A stretch of 64,000 bases of DNA from Mycobacteriaceae bacterium (GTDB lineage: Bacteria > Actinomycetota > Actinomycetes > Mycobacteriales > Mycobacteriaceae), in the NCBI GenBank assembly GCA_029977845.1, contig JAPOKC010000002.1:996-64995 (forward strand), in the 5' to 3' direction. The translations under genes and the position numbers were made by a program. The notes under the pieces were generated by a model that worked only from the letters and a program-made list of their open reading frames with translations, had not been told where the DNA came from and did no database searches. Numbering within the stretch: the first letter of the stretch is position 1; every line of letters begins with the position of its first letter. Below are positions 19,232 to 29,428 of this stretch, one piece after another.

Positions 19232-20212
19232 CTATTTGATCGCGATCGGGTTGACCGGCGACCCCACGGCCCCGGTGACGCTCAACGGCGGCGCGACGAG
19301 TTGGAACTCGTAGACCCCGTCTGCGGCGCAATCGGCGGCCAGTGCGGTCAGATTCCAGTACTCGCCGAGCATCAACCCGATATCGCGAAGGCACAGCATG
19401 TGCATCGGCAGGATGACGCCGTCGACGCCCGATACCGGATTCTCGACCATCAGATTGTCGGCGGCGACCGCCGCGACCTCATGGTCGTGCAGCCACGACG
19501 CACAGGTCCAGTCCAGACCCGCACCCGGCTCGGATCCATCCCCGGTCTCGAGGAACCGCGCCCACCAACCGGTGTTGACCAGGACGATGTCGCCGCACTC
19601 GATGGCGACGCCCTGCCGCGCGGCGGCGGCGTCGAGTTCGGCGGGTGTGATCGGCGCTCCCAGTGGGCAATAGGTGTCGACACCGCGGAGTCCGACGATG
19701 TCGAGAAGAACCCCGCGCGAGGTGATGCCCTTGTCGATCACCTTCTCGATACCGAGGTGATAGGCGCCGAGACTGGTCACCGAATCGGCCGGAAAACCGT
19801 TGTACAGCTTGTCCTCGTAATACACGTGGGACAACGCATCCCATTGGGTGGCGGCCTGCAACGGCATGATGATCATGTCGTCGTTGAATCGCATCGGTCC
19901 GGCTTCGGAGTACCCACCCAGTTGCACCGCTGCCGGATTGCGCAGCCACGGCGGCCCGTACTTCATCAGGGTGTGGGCGTCCCCGCCGTCGATGGTCATG
20001 ACGTGCATGGGATTGCTGCGGTACTTGAACGCGCCCTGCGGACCCGAGGAACCGAAGTCCACGCCGAGCGGAAAAATCCTGCCGTGCCGGACCAGCGAGG
20101 CAGCCTGCTGCACCTTCGCTGCGGTGATGAAGTTCAGCGTGCCGAGTTCGTCGTCATCCCCCCACCGTCCCCAGTTACTGACGTCGGCGGCGACACGGCG
20201 CACATCGCTCAT
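19232..20212 (-). CDS. Cyclase / kynurenine formamidase-fold metallohydrolase
   Basis: NWGRWGDDDELGTLNF, QAATQWDALSH, SRGVLLD, GAVGSPVNPIAIK. Confidence 0.87.
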   Translation of the reverse strand: MSDVRRVAADVSNWGRWGDDDELGTLNFITAAKVQQAASLVRHGRIFPLGVDFGSSGPQGAFKYRSNPMHVMTIDGGDAHTLMKYGPPWLRNPAAVQLGGYSEAGPMRFNDDMIIMPLQAATQWDALSHVYYEDKLYNGFPADSVTSLGAYHLGIEKVIDKGITSRGVLLDIVGLRGVDTYCPLGAPITPAELDAAAARQGVAIECGDIVLVNTGWWARFLETGDGSEPGAGLDWTCASWLHDHEVAAVAADNLMVENPVSGVDGVILPMHMLCLRDIGLMLGEYWNLTALAADCAADGVYEFQLVAPPLSVTGAVGSPVNPIAIK

Positions 20213-21039
20213 ATCTGCCACAGGTCGGCTCCTTTCGTGAATTCCGCCGACTGGCGGGCGGCCAGGGCTCCGCCGTCGACCCAGATGACCTGTCCGGTGA
20301 TGTAACCGGCAGCGGGACTGGCGAGGAAGGCCAGCACCGCCGCCTGTTCATCGGGATCGGACACCCGCCCCAACGGTTTGTCGATGGTGTCGAGGAAACC
20401 CTGCCCGTAGGCCGATCGCAGCTGCTCGAGGATCGGGGTCTCGGTGACTCCCGGTCCGGTGCAGTTGATGCGGATACCGCGGGCGGCCAGGTGCTCGGCG
20501 TGGCAGACGGTGTAGGCGATGAGCGCTTCCTTCGACAGCCGGTATCCGCCGTCGGCGAGGGCGTCGGGATGTCGTTCGCACCAGCGGATGCCGTCGGCCA
20601 TCGAGGTGGTCGCCAGGAGCCCGGCGACCTCGTCCCGGTGCTCGCGGTAGGCCGAACCGGCCAGTGAGGCCACGCTGACGATGGACGACCCGGTCGTCAT
20701 CAGTGGCAAAACCGACTCGGTGAGATGGCGCGTGCCGAGGAAGTTGATCCGGACCACCAGCATCGGATTCCCGATACCCGAGGACACCCCGGCGACGTTG
20801 AACAACGCGTCGACGCGCGGGCCGAGTGAACCCGCCGCCCGGTCGATCGAATCCGGATCGGCGAGATCGACCGCGATGAATTCACCGATGGGTTGGTTCG
20901 GCGTGATCCGGTCGAGCCCGACGACGTCGGCCCCCAAGTCGGCGAGTTGCGCGCACAGCTGCGCACCGATGCCCGAGGCACAGCCGGTGACCACGACACG
21001 TTTGTCGTCATACCGCAGGAGATCACCGACGCGGCGCAT
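20209..21039 (-). CDS. SDR (coniferyl-alcohol / 3-alpha-hydroxysteroid dehydrogenase-like)
   Basis: VTGCASGIG, FNVAGVS, YRLSK, PGVTETPIL. Confidence 0.87.
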   Translation of the reverse strand: MRRVGDLLRYDDKRVVVTGCASGIGAQLCAQLADLGADVVGLDRITPNQPIGEFIAVDLADPDSIDRAAGSLGPRVDALFNVAGVSSGIGNPMLVVRINFLGTRHLTESVLPLMTTGSSIVSVASLAGSAYREHRDEVAGLLATTSMADGIRWCERHPDALADGGYRLSKEALIAYTVCHAEHLAARGIRINCTGPGVTETPILEQLRSAYGQGFLDTIDKPLGRVSDPDEQAAVLAFLASPAAGYITGQVIWVDGGALAARQSAEFTKGADLWQI

Positions 21040-22347
21040 TCAGACGGCTTCCCGCTCCTCCTTGAGGCGCTGCGCGGCCTGGACCCGGCCCTCGTTGATC
21101 TCGGCCATCGCCTCCGGAATCTCGCCGGCGGTGAAGCTTCCGCCGCGCCCGGTCGGCAGGCCGCCGAAGTTGTAGTTCTCGTCGAAGTCGGGCGCAGTGC
21201 TCTCGACACGGCGGCCCTCGACCTTCTCGATCACCGGTGCCAGGCGCTTGGCCTTCGCGGCGACGGCTTTGGCATCCCGTTCGATGAACTCGGGCAGAAT
21301 CTCTTTGCCCATGATCTCGATGGACTCCATGGTGCCCTCGTGGCTGCGCGGGTTGATCAGCAGGATGATCTCGTCAACACCGCTCTCCTCGTAGCCCCGC
21401 AGGAATTCCCGCACGGTCTCCGGTGACCCGATCGCACCGCGGCCGGGACCGTAGGCGAGCGTCGGATCCTCCTTGACCGCCTCCTCGTAGCGCTCCCACA
21501 CCTTGGTGCGGCCCGGGGTGTGCATACCGGTCAGGTAGTAGTGCATGATCCCGAACGAGAAGAATCCGCCGCCGATGCCGAGTCGCTTCAGCGCTTCGTC
21601 GTCGGTCTTGGCGACCATCATGGAAAGGTCCCCGCCGATGGCCAGAATGTTCGGGTTGATCGCCGGCGTCACCGGGGCACCGGCGGCCTCGAACTCGTCG
21701 TAGTAGCCCTTGACCCGCTCCGCCAGCGGACCCGGACCGGTGTAGGCGAAACTCAGTGCGCCGATCGCCTTCTGGGCAGCCATCTGAACCGATGACGGAC
21801 GTGTGCACGCGACCCACACCGGCGGATGCGGCTTCTGCAACGGCTTGGGGATCACGTTGCGGGCCGGCATCTCGATGTGCTCACCCTTGAATCCGGTGAA
21901 AGGCGTCTCGACCATCGCGCGGATCGACACCTCCAGCGCCTCTTCCCACTGTGAGCGCTTGTCGGCCGGATCGATGTTGAACCCGCCGAGTTCGGCCACC
22001 GAGGATCCCTCACCGGTGCCGAATTCCACCCTGCCGTTGGAGAGGTGATCCAGTGTCGCGACGCGCTCGGCGATCCGTGCCGGATGGTTGATCGACGGCG
22101 GCAGGTGCATCACGCCGAAGCCCAGGCGGATGTCCTTGGTGCGCTGACTCGCCGCGGCGAGGAACATCTCGGGAGCGGTCGAGTGGCAGTACTCCTCCAG
22201 GAAGTGGTGTTCGGTGAGCCAGACCGTGGAGAAGCCCGCCTTGTCGGCGGCCTCGACCTCGTCGAGCCCGTCCTGGAACAGCCTGTGTTCGTCATCGTCG
22301 CTCCACGGCCGCGGCAGCGGGAACTCGTAGAACAGTGAGATTTTCAC
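21040..22347 (-). CDS. Luciferase-like (LLM) flavin-dependent oxidoreductase/monooxygenase
   Basis: WLTEHHF, AERVATLDHLSNGRVEFGTG, PKPLQKPHPPVW. Confidence 0.9.
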   Translation of the reverse strand: MKISLFYEFPLPRPWSDDDEHRLFQDGLDEVEAADKAGFSTVWLTEHHFLEEYCHSTAPEMFLAAASQRTKDIRLGFGVMHLPPSINHPARIAERVATLDHLSNGRVEFGTGEGSSVAELGGFNIDPADKRSQWEEALEVSIRAMVETPFTGFKGEHIEMPARNVIPKPLQKPHPPVWVACTRPSSVQMAAQKAIGALSFAYTGPGPLAERVKGYYDEFEAAGAPVTPAINPNILAIGGDLSMMVAKTDDEALKRLGIGGGFFSFGIMHYYLTGMHTPGRTKVWERYEEAVKEDPTLAYGPGRGAIGSPETVREFLRGYEESGVDEIILLINPRSHEGTMESIEIMGKEILPEFIERDAKAVAAKAKRLAPVIEKVEGRRVESTAPDFDENYNFGGLPTGRGGSFTAGEIPEAMAEINEGRVQAAQRLKEEREAV

Positions 22348-24113
22348 GTGGTACCTCCAGTGCGATACGTGGAATTGTCGCCGACTTCACTTGTCATGTC
22401 ACGCGTTTGCCGCTGAGCGATGTGCTTAGCCGCGATGTAGCCGAACGTCATGGCCGGCCCGATGGTCGCGCCTGCGCCGGCGTAGCTGCGCCCCATGACT
22501 GCCGCCGAGGTGTTGCCCACCGCGTAGAGGCCCTCGATCACGGTGTCGTCGCCGCGCAGCACCCGCGCGTGTTCATCGGTGCGCAGGCCGCCCGAGGTGC
22601 CCAGATCGCCGAGGATGATCTGGAATGCCAGATACGGAGGCGTCGTCAGTGGGTGCAGATTGGGATTGGGCAGGGTGGGGTCGCCGTAGTAGTTGTCATA
22701 GACGCTGTCGCCGCGATTGAAGTCGTCGTCGTGCCCGTTGCGCGCCAACTCGTTGAACCGCTCGGCCGTCGCCCGCAGGTTCGCCGGGGGCACCCCGATC
22801 TCGCCGGCCAACTCCTCCAGTGTCGCTGCTCGTTTGACGACACCGGAGTCCAGCCAGGCCTGCGGTACGGCGCGCCCGGTGGGCACCGGCGCACCCGGAA
22901 TCCGCGGCAACGGGAGGTGCCCGGCGACGACGTAGCGGTGGAATGATCCGGTGTCGGTGATGAGCCAGCACGGAATGTGGCTGATGCCGCTGCGTTGACC
23001 GGCGATCATCGCGTGCGCGAAATCCATGTAGGGGGCGGCCTCGTTGATGAAGCGGCGGCCCTCGCCGTTGACGACGAACTGCGACGGCATCATCCGTTCG
23101 TTGAGCATGAACTGCAACCTGCCGTCCGGCCAGCAGATCGCCGGAAACCACCACGCCTCGTCGAGCAGATCGGTCGACGCCCCGATCTTCTCGCCGGCCC
23201 GGATGCCGTCACCGGTGGCCACCGGGTTGCCGAAACTCCAGTCGTGGTTCAACTCGGGCAGATACTCGCGGCGCCAGGTCATATCGTGATCGAAACCGCC
23301 GGAGGCGAGGATCACACCGTGGCGCGCACCGATGCGGTGCTGTCGCCCGGATCGCTCGACCACCGCCCCGACCACGGCTCCGTCGATATCGGTGATCAAC
23401 TCGGTCATTGGTGCGTCGAGCCACAGTGGGATGTTCTGCTCCTTCATCGCCAGCCGAAGCCGGGCGGCCAGTGACTGGCCGATCGCCGCGATCCGTTCGC
23501 CGAAAACGTGCGCACGGAACTTGCGCCACAGCAGTTTGACCAGAACGGCCTTACCGCGCCAGTTCTGCCGGACCTGATAGAAGAACCGAAGATCCTTGGG
23601 GCCCAACCAGATTCCCTTCGGCGCGAGGGCCAGCGGCGTCAGAAGGTTCTTCTCCTCGGCACCGAGGACACGCAGGTCGATCGGCGGGACGTTGATGGTG
23701 CTGCCCTGCTCGGATCCACCCGGAAGCTCCGGGTAGTAGTCGGCATAGCCGGGCTTCCAGACGAACTCCAGCCAATCGCTGAGCTGCTCCAGAAAGACCA
23801 TCATCGCCGGCGCGTTGTCCACGTAGGCGCTGATCCGCTCGTCGCTCACCAGACCGGCCGTGATCTGTTTCAGATAACGCTTGACCCCCTCGGGGTCCGG
23901 GACATAACCGTCGCGCTTCTGCGCCGGGGCACCCGGTACCCAGATGCCGCCGCCGGACAGAGCGGTGGATCCGCCGAACTGAGCGGCCTTCTCGACCACC
24001 AGGGTGTCCAGGCCGGACGCGTGGGCGGTCAGCGCGGCGGTCATCCCCCCGCCACCGGATCCGATCACCAACACATCGACACACGTGTCGAACGTCTCCG
24101 CGCCAGTGCCCAT
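22344..24113 (-). CDS. 3-ketosteroid-delta1-dehydrogenase-like FAD oxidoreductase
   Basis: IGSGGGG, GGSTALSGGGIW, YADYYPE, EAAPYMDF, GLYAVGN, RSYAGAGATIGP. Confidence 0.85.
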   Translation of the reverse strand: MGTGAETFDTCVDVLVIGSGGGGMTAALTAHASGLDTLVVEKAAQFGGSTALSGGGIWVPGAPAQKRDGYVPDPEGVKRYLKQITAGLVSDERISAYVDNAPAMMVFLEQLSDWLEFVWKPGYADYYPELPGGSEQGSTINVPPIDLRVLGAEEKNLLTPLALAPKGIWLGPKDLRFFYQVRQNWRGKAVLVKLLWRKFRAHVFGERIAAIGQSLAARLRLAMKEQNIPLWLDAPMTELITDIDGAVVGAVVERSGRQHRIGARHGVILASGGFDHDMTWRREYLPELNHDWSFGNPVATGDGIRAGEKIGASTDLLDEAWWFPAICWPDGRLQFMLNERMMPSQFVVNGEGRRFINEAAPYMDFAHAMIAGQRSGISHIPCWLITDTGSFHRYVVAGHLPLPRIPGAPVPTGRAVPQAWLDSGVVKRAATLEELAGEIGVPPANLRATAERFNELARNGHDDDFNRGDSVYDNYYGDPTLPNPNLHPLTTPPYLAFQIILGDLGTSGGLRTDEHARVLRGDDTVIEGLYAVGNTSAAVMGRSYAGAGATIGPAMTFGYIAAKHIAQRQTRDMTSEVGDNSTYRTGGTT

Positions 24114-24126
24114 CACGCGGCCCCCA

Positions 24127-25065
24127 TCACGCGGCCACCGCGGTACGCACCGCGAAACCGGCGAGCAGTTCCGGCGCGGCGCGGTAGTAGCGGTCGACTG
24201 TTCGGTAGGGTCCCTGTGCGGCGAGTGCGGCGAAGGCCGCCACCCAGGTGCGCACCTCGTGTGCCGAATTGCCGGCCTGGTCGGCGATCCAGGAGTTGGT
24301 CCAGCCGTTCAACTCGTCTAAGTGGCCGCCGTCCACCAGGTCGAGGAACGAGCGATCCCAGTCCGGGTTGAGCGGCCGGCAGTCTCCGCGCCCGGCGGCG
24401 AACTCCTCGGCCGCGGCCACCACCGTGGCCTGCCGAGCCTGTCGTTGTTCGGCTGTCATGGGCGTGCCGGCGATGATGCGGTCCAGGGCCGCGGGAGGTG
24501 CGCTGGCCAGTGTGGGCACCGGCGGATCGTGCGACAGTCCTCCTGACCCGATCACCAGAACGCGCCGGTCCAATGCGTCCAGGAACGTCCCGACGGCGTC
24601 TCCCAGCGCCCGGGAACGGTTCACCGGACCCAGTGGCGTCGCGACGGAGTTGATGAAGATCGGGATCACCGGCACCGACTGTGCGTCGCCGAACAATCGC
24701 TGCAGTGGTTGCACGGTCCCGTGGTCGACGTCGAACCCGGCGGAGACGGACACGTCGACGCCCGCGTCGAGCACATGTGCGGCCAACTCGGTGGCCAGTG
24801 CGGCCGGCACCTGCAGGGGACCCGATTGGGTGCCGTAGTCGCCGACCCCGGTCGCGGCGGTGCCGACGCAGAACGGGGGCATCAACTTGTAGAAGAACCC
24901 GTTGTAGTGATCCGGGGAGAAGATGACCACCAGGTCGGGATCGAAGTCGGCGACGAATGCTCTCGCGGTGTTCAGCGCCCCTTCCACATCGTCAAGCAAC
25001 TCCGCCGACGGACCCGGGAGGGTCAGCAGCGGACTGTGCGACATGCAGCACAGGGCCAGTGTCAT
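24127..25065 (-). CDS. mhpB: LigB/MhpB-type extradiol (meta-cleavage) dioxygenase
   Basis: [40 protein letters not shown] - MhpB signatures. Confidence 0.87.
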   Translation of the reverse strand: MTLALCCMSHSPLLTLPGPSAELLDDVEGALNTARAFVADFDPDLVVIFSPDHYNGFFYKLMPPFCVGTAATGVGDYGTQSGPLQVPAALATELAAHVLDAGVDVSVSAGFDVDHGTVQPLQRLFGDAQSVPVIPIFINSVATPLGPVNRSRALGDAVGTFLDALDRRVLVIGSGGLSHDPPVPTLASAPPAALDRIIAGTPMTAEQRQARQATVVAAAEEFAAGRGDCRPLNPDWDRSFLDLVDGGHLDELNGWTNSWIADQAGNSAHEVRTWVAAFAALAAQGPYRTVDRYYRAAPELLAGFAVRTAVAA

Positions 25066-26662
25066 CGTTGCCTCCTGGAATGAGGTTCAGTGTGCGGATC
25101 AGGGCGGCGCTCAACTCCGGTGTGCGCTGGGCGACGCAGGCACCGGCGATGCAGCGGTCAGGTCGCAGGAACAACACGGACTGCTCGCGCGCATCGAAGA
25201 ACGCCTTGAGCGCTCCGGTGCGGTCGCCCACCACGACGACCTCGGGGTCGTCGTCTCCCGGCCAGTTCAACTGTGTCAGCGGACGCAGGGCGATGAACGT
25301 CGCGCCGAGGGCCTTCCACGCTCTGAAGGCGTTGTCTCCCAGGAGTTTGCGCGGATTGTTGTTCCAGCAAAGCACAGCGAAACCGGGTCCGATCACATCG
25401 TCGAGGAGGACGTTCTGCCGATCGCGGACGTCGACCCGGGGCTGGATGAACAGCGTCCCGACTCCGGGCGCCGGTAGATCGCTATGTACGACGGCCCCCT
25501 GTTCGTAGAACGGCATCGGTTTGAATCGCATCTCCAGCACATAGCGCTTCAATGTCGGCACCAGGGATGCGGCACGGATGAGCGCGTCGCGGCCGCGGGC
25601 GATCTGCCGGTTGGTCGGGGAGATGACCTTGCCGACCGTGGTGGACAGGTCGATCATCGCGCGGGCGTGCTTGCGGCGCTCGACGTCATAGGTGTCGAGC
25701 AGTTGCTCCCCTGCCCGCCCGGTCACGACCGCGGCGAGTTTCCAGCCGAGGTTGGCCGCGTCCCGGATACCGCTGTTGTACCCCTGCCCCTGCCACACCG
25801 GCATCAGATGGGCGGCGTCGCCGGCGATCAGTAACCGGCCGCGACGGAATGAACCCGCGATACGGGAGTGGTGGGTGTAGAGCCGCTGCCGGATGATCTC
25901 CACCTTGTCCGGATACGGCACCAGTCGGGACAGCATCTGCGCGACGAACGCCGGGTCCTGCGCCTGTTCGTCCGTCTCGTCGGCGTGGATCATGAACTCG
26001 AATCGGCGGATGCCGTGCGCGATCGAGATCGAGACGTACGGTCGGCGAGGGTCGGCGCCCACCTCACTGTTGGGGTGGCCCAGGGGATCATTGGCCACGT
26101 CGACCACGAGCCACCGGGTCGAGGAGGTGGTGCCGTCGAACGACACCCCCATGAGATGCCTTGTGGCGCTTCGGCCGCCATCGCAGCCCACCACGTAGCG
26201 TGCGCGCACGTTTCGGCGGCCGGATTCGGGGGCCAGTTCGACGCTCACGCCGTCGGCGGTCTCGGCGATGGTCGTCATCGGATGGGCCCATGCGACCTCG
26301 ACGTGACCGAATCTGTCCAGACCCCGGAGGAGTTCGGCATCGACCAGCGGCTGAACGAACCCGTTCCGCTTCGGCCAGCCGAAACGGGCATCGGGCGGAG
26401 CCATCTCCGCCAGCAGGCGGCGCTTGGCGTCGAAGAAACGGAGTATCTGGTTCGGGACGGTGTGCGGCAGAACGGCATCGACCACACCGATCGACTGGAA
26501 GGTGCGCAACGCCTCATCGTCGAGACCCACTCCCCGCGGATAGTCGATCAGGCAGGCGCGCTCCTCGGCCACCAGCGCGCGCACACCGTGCAGACCGAGG
26601 ATGTTCGCCAGCGTCAGGCCGACCGGTCCCGCGCCGACCACCACCACATCGACGTCTGACAT
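24992..26662 (-). CDS. mhpA: MhpA-like FAD-dependent aromatic hydroxylase
   Basis: [57 protein letters not shown]. Confidence 0.87.
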   Translation of the reverse strand: MSDVDVVVVGAGPVGLTLANILGLHGVRALVAEERACLIDYPRGVGLDDEALRTFQSIGVVDAVLPHTVPNQILRFFDAKRRLLAEMAPPDARFGWPKRNGFVQPLVDAELLRGLDRFGHVEVAWAHPMTTIAETADGVSVELAPESGRRNVRARYVVGCDGGRSATRHLMGVSFDGTTSSTRWLVVDVANDPLGHPNSEVGADPRRPYVSISIAHGIRRFEFMIHADETDEQAQDPAFVAQMLSRLVPYPDKVEIIRQRLYTHHSRIAGSFRRGRLLIAGDAAHLMPVWQGQGYNSGIRDAANLGWKLAAVVTGRAGEQLLDTYDVERRKHARAMIDLSTTVGKVISPTNRQIARGRDALIRAASLVPTLKRYVLEMRFKPMPFYEQGAVVHSDLPAPGVGTLFIQPRVDVRDRQNVLLDDVIGPGFAVLCWNNNPRKLLGDNAFRAWKALGATFIALRPLTQLNWPGDDDPEVVVVGDRTGALKAFFDAREQSVLFLRPDRCIAGACVAQRTPELSAALIRTLNLIPGGNDDTGPVLHVAQSAADPPGSVGGVA

Positions 26663-27525
26663 CAGCGGCCCAGCAGGAAGTCAATGTGCAACCGGTTGAA
26701 CGCCTCGGCGTCCTCATACTGCGGCCAGTGGCCGCAACCCTGCATCACCTCGAACCGTGCGCCGGGGATCATCTCCGAAATCCGTCTGCCCTCACTGACA
26801 TCGGCGGTCGGATCGTGACTGGTCCACAGCACGAGGGTGGGCGCCACGATCGCACCGTAGTCGGCAGCCGTCATCAGATTGCGCTGCCGTATCCGGGGAT
26901 CCTGCAGGGCCATGATGTCGCGCATGGCGGCGACGAAACCGGGTTGACGGTAGATGCGCTGACGGCTGGCCACGATATCGTCGTAGTCCTTGGACTTGTC
27001 CGCCATCAGCCATTTGATCCGTGCCTGCACGGTCTCCCAACTCGGGTCTTCGGCTGCGGCCATCGACAGGGTGATGATCCGGGCCATCACCTCAGGATCG
27101 GCCTGCGAACCGCCCGCGGTGTTGAGCACCAGACGGTCAACCCGGTCGGGATTGTCGGCGGCGAGCCGGGACACCACCCAGCCCCCCAGCGACTCACCGG
27201 ACAGGTGCGCCCGGGTGGCGCCGATCGCGTCCATGACGGCCAGCAGGTGATCGGTGTAGTGGACGATCTCCAACGGGTGGCCGGGCTTGTCGGTGTATCC
27301 GTGGCCGAGCATGTCGATCGCCCAGGTGGAGAAGTGCGGCGCGTGGGCGGCGATATTGCGCACGTACGCCTCGGCGTGCCCGCCCGATCCGTGCAACAGG
27401 AACAGGACGGGTGACGAGTCGTCACCGGCATGCAGATAGCGCGTCCGCACGCCGCCGGCCGTCAGATAACCCTGCGAGAAGGGGACACCCTGAAGATCAC
27501 TCCAGACGCTTTCGAACGCAGGCAC
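26662..27525 (-). CDS. Alpha/beta hydrolase, MhpC/HsaD-like C-C hydrolase
   Basis: [21 protein letters not shown]; first gene of the mhpA-mhpB operon. Confidence 0.87.
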   Translation of the reverse strand: MPAFESVWSDLQGVPFSQGYLTAGGVRTRYLHAGDDSSPVLFLLHGSGGHAEAYVRNIAAHAPHFSTWAIDMLGHGYTDKPGHPLEIVHYTDHLLAVMDAIGATRAHLSGESLGGWVVSRLAADNPDRVDRLVLNTAGGSQADPEVMARIITLSMAAAEDPSWETVQARIKWLMADKSKDYDDIVASRQRIYRQPGFVAAMRDIMALQDPRIRQRNLMTAADYGAIVAPTLVLWTSHDPTADVSEGRRISEMIPGARFEVMQGCGHWPQYEDAEAFNRLHIDFLLGR

Positions 27526-27604
27526 CTGGTGACCTTCCTATGGATTGGCGGACCTATTTTCCTAAGCGGTCTGTGTAATTCCGCCCGGAATATGACCCGT
27601 TTCG

Positions 27605-27633
27605 AGCATCACGGTCACACGGGCGTCTGTCAA
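27605..27633 (-). promoter_or_regulatory. Candidate SigA promoter for the ring-cleavage operon
   Basis: Minus strand TTGACA-17 nt-GATGCT (weak -10). Confidence 0.4.
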
Positions 27634-27699
27634 GGAATCCGGAGCCGTCACGGAGAGTTAAGCACCCCGCTGAACTGCGGAAATGCCTCAGTCAACTGC

Positions 27700-27729
27700 T
27701 TGACACCCGCTGATCGCCGTCGTTAGCGT
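27700..27729 (+). promoter_or_regulatory. SigA-like promoter for the FAD oxidoreductase
   Basis: TTGACA-18 nt-TAGCGT. Confidence 0.6.
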
Positions 27730-27750
27730 GTACACGTAATTCGACGTCAC

Positions 27751-27785
27751 CGCACTGCTTGTCGCCGAGTGACGACAAGAGTGCG
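27751..27785 (+). other. 5' UTR stem-loop immediately upstream of the RBS
   Basis: CGCACT-g-CTTGTCG...CGACAAG-AGTGCG inverted repeat, followed by AAGGAG and ATG 27800. Confidence 0.5.
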
Positions 27786-27799
27786 CAAAGGAGCCGACG

Positions 27800-29428
27800 A
27801 TGCCCGGCGCGAATCCACCGAGTTGGGATATCGAGGTCGACGTCGTCGTGCTCGGCACCGGCGGGGCCGGACTGACCGCGGCATTGTCGGCGGCGGCGCA
27901 CGGGGCCTCGGTGGCGGTGTTCGAGAAGTCGGCGACCGTCGGCGGCACGACCGCCGTGTCCGGCGGCATCCTCTGGATCCCGTCCCATCACCGCTCGGCC
28001 GATGTCGACCTGCCCGTCGAGGACGCGATGGCCTATCTGCGGGCCCAGTCCCTCGGCGCGATGGCCGAGGATCTGGTGGAGACCTTCGTTCGCACCGGTG
28101 AGCCGATGATCGACTTCGTCGAACGCAACAGCGAGGTGCGGTTCGAGATCGCCCCCGGCTACATGGACTACAAGCCCGAACTCCCCGGCGGCCGGACCGT
28201 CGGCGGACGGTCACTGAGCGCGGTGCCCTACGAGGTGACCCGACTCGGCGACTGGGCGGCGAGGATCACCACGTTCCCCGCCGACTGGAGCAACGTCGGC
28301 TTCGATGCCGAGACCCGCGCCCGGCTCAACGCCGACGTCGACGACCGGGGCGGTCAGATCGTGGTGGCCGGAGCCGCCCTGATCGCCGGGCTGCTCAAAG
28401 CTTTGCTCGACCTCGGCATCGAACCCGTCCTGGGCGCACGCGCGCTGGAGCTGGTCTGCGACGGCGACGCGGTGACCGGGGTGCGCATCGAGGCGGGAGG
28501 TAAGCCGGTCGCGGTACGCGCCCGCCGTGGTGTCATCCTGGGCACCGGCGGGTTCGAATGGGACGAGTCGCTCGTCGGAGCGTTCCTGCGCGGACCGATG
28601 CACGGCGCGGTCTCCCCGCCGAACAACACCGGCGACGGTCTGCGGATGGCGATGGCGGTGGGCGCCGATCTGGCCAACATGGGTGAGGCCTGGTGGGTGC
28701 CGATCGTCCGGATCCCCGGCGACACCATCGAGGGGCATCCGCGCAGCCGCAGCGTCCGCCTCGAACGCACCCGCCCGCGCAGCATCATCGTCAACCGGGC
28801 CGGCAAGCGGTTCGTCAACGAAGCGTGCGACTACAACTCGATGGCCGGCGCCTTCCACTACCTGGATCCCCGCTGCGGATACGTCAACGATCCGGCCTGG
28901 ATGGTGTTCGACTCGCTGCACCTCAAGCACTACGGGTTCCTCGGCGTCGAACCGGACGCTCCGGTGCCGGACTGGTTCTGCGAGTCCGCCGACGTCGACG
29001 AACTGAGCGAGAAGACCGGGATCGACGCGGCCGGTCTGGCCGAAACGCTGCACCGGTGGAACGCGAACGTCGCCCAAGAGGTCGATCCCGACTTCGGTCG
29101 CGGATCGAGCGCCTATGACGGGTATTGGGGTGACGAGAATGCGGCGACGACCGCCGGGAAGACACTCGGCCCGGTCGACACCGCACCGTTCTACGCGGTT
29201 CCCATCTCGGTCGGGTCGATGGGCACCAAAGGCGGACCACGCACCGACCGGGACGGCCGGGTTCTGCACGTCAGCGGACGGCATGTTCAAGGTCTGTACG
29301 CCGCGGGCAACGCGATGGCGGGCGTGACGGGTCGCGCCTACGGCGGCGCCGGCGGAACCATCGGGCCGGCAATGGTGTTCGGTTTCCGTTCAGGCCGCCA
29401 CGCGGCCGGCGGAGACACCGACGACTAG
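27800..29428 (+). CDS. Second KstD-like FAD-dependent oxidoreductase
   Basis: LGTGGAG, GGTTAVSGGILW, YMDYKPE, EACDYNSM, GLYAAGN, RAYGGAGGTIGP. Confidence 0.85.
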   Translation: MPGANPPSWDIEVDVVVLGTGGAGLTAALSAAAHGASVAVFEKSATVGGTTAVSGGILWIPSHHRSADVDLPVEDAMAYLRAQSLGAMAEDLVETFVRTGEPMIDFVERNSEVRFEIAPGYMDYKPELPGGRTVGGRSLSAVPYEVTRLGDWAARITTFPADWSNVGFDAETRARLNADVDDRGGQIVVAGAALIAGLLKALLDLGIEPVLGARALELVCDGDAVTGVRIEAGGKPVAVRARRGVILGTGGFEWDESLVGAFLRGPMHGAVSPPNNTGDGLRMAMAVGADLANMGEAWWVPIVRIPGDTIEGHPRSRSVRLERTRPRSIIVNRAGKRFVNEACDYNSMAGAFHYLDPRCGYVNDPAWMVFDSLHLKHYGFLGVEPDAPVPDWFCESADVDELSEKTGIDAAGLAETLHRWNANVAQEVDPDFGRGSSAYDGYWGDENAATTAGKTLGPVDTAPFYAVPISVGSMGTKGGPRTDRDGRVLHVSGRHVQGLYAAGNAMAGVTGRAYGGAGGTIGPAMVFGFRSGRHAAGGDTDD

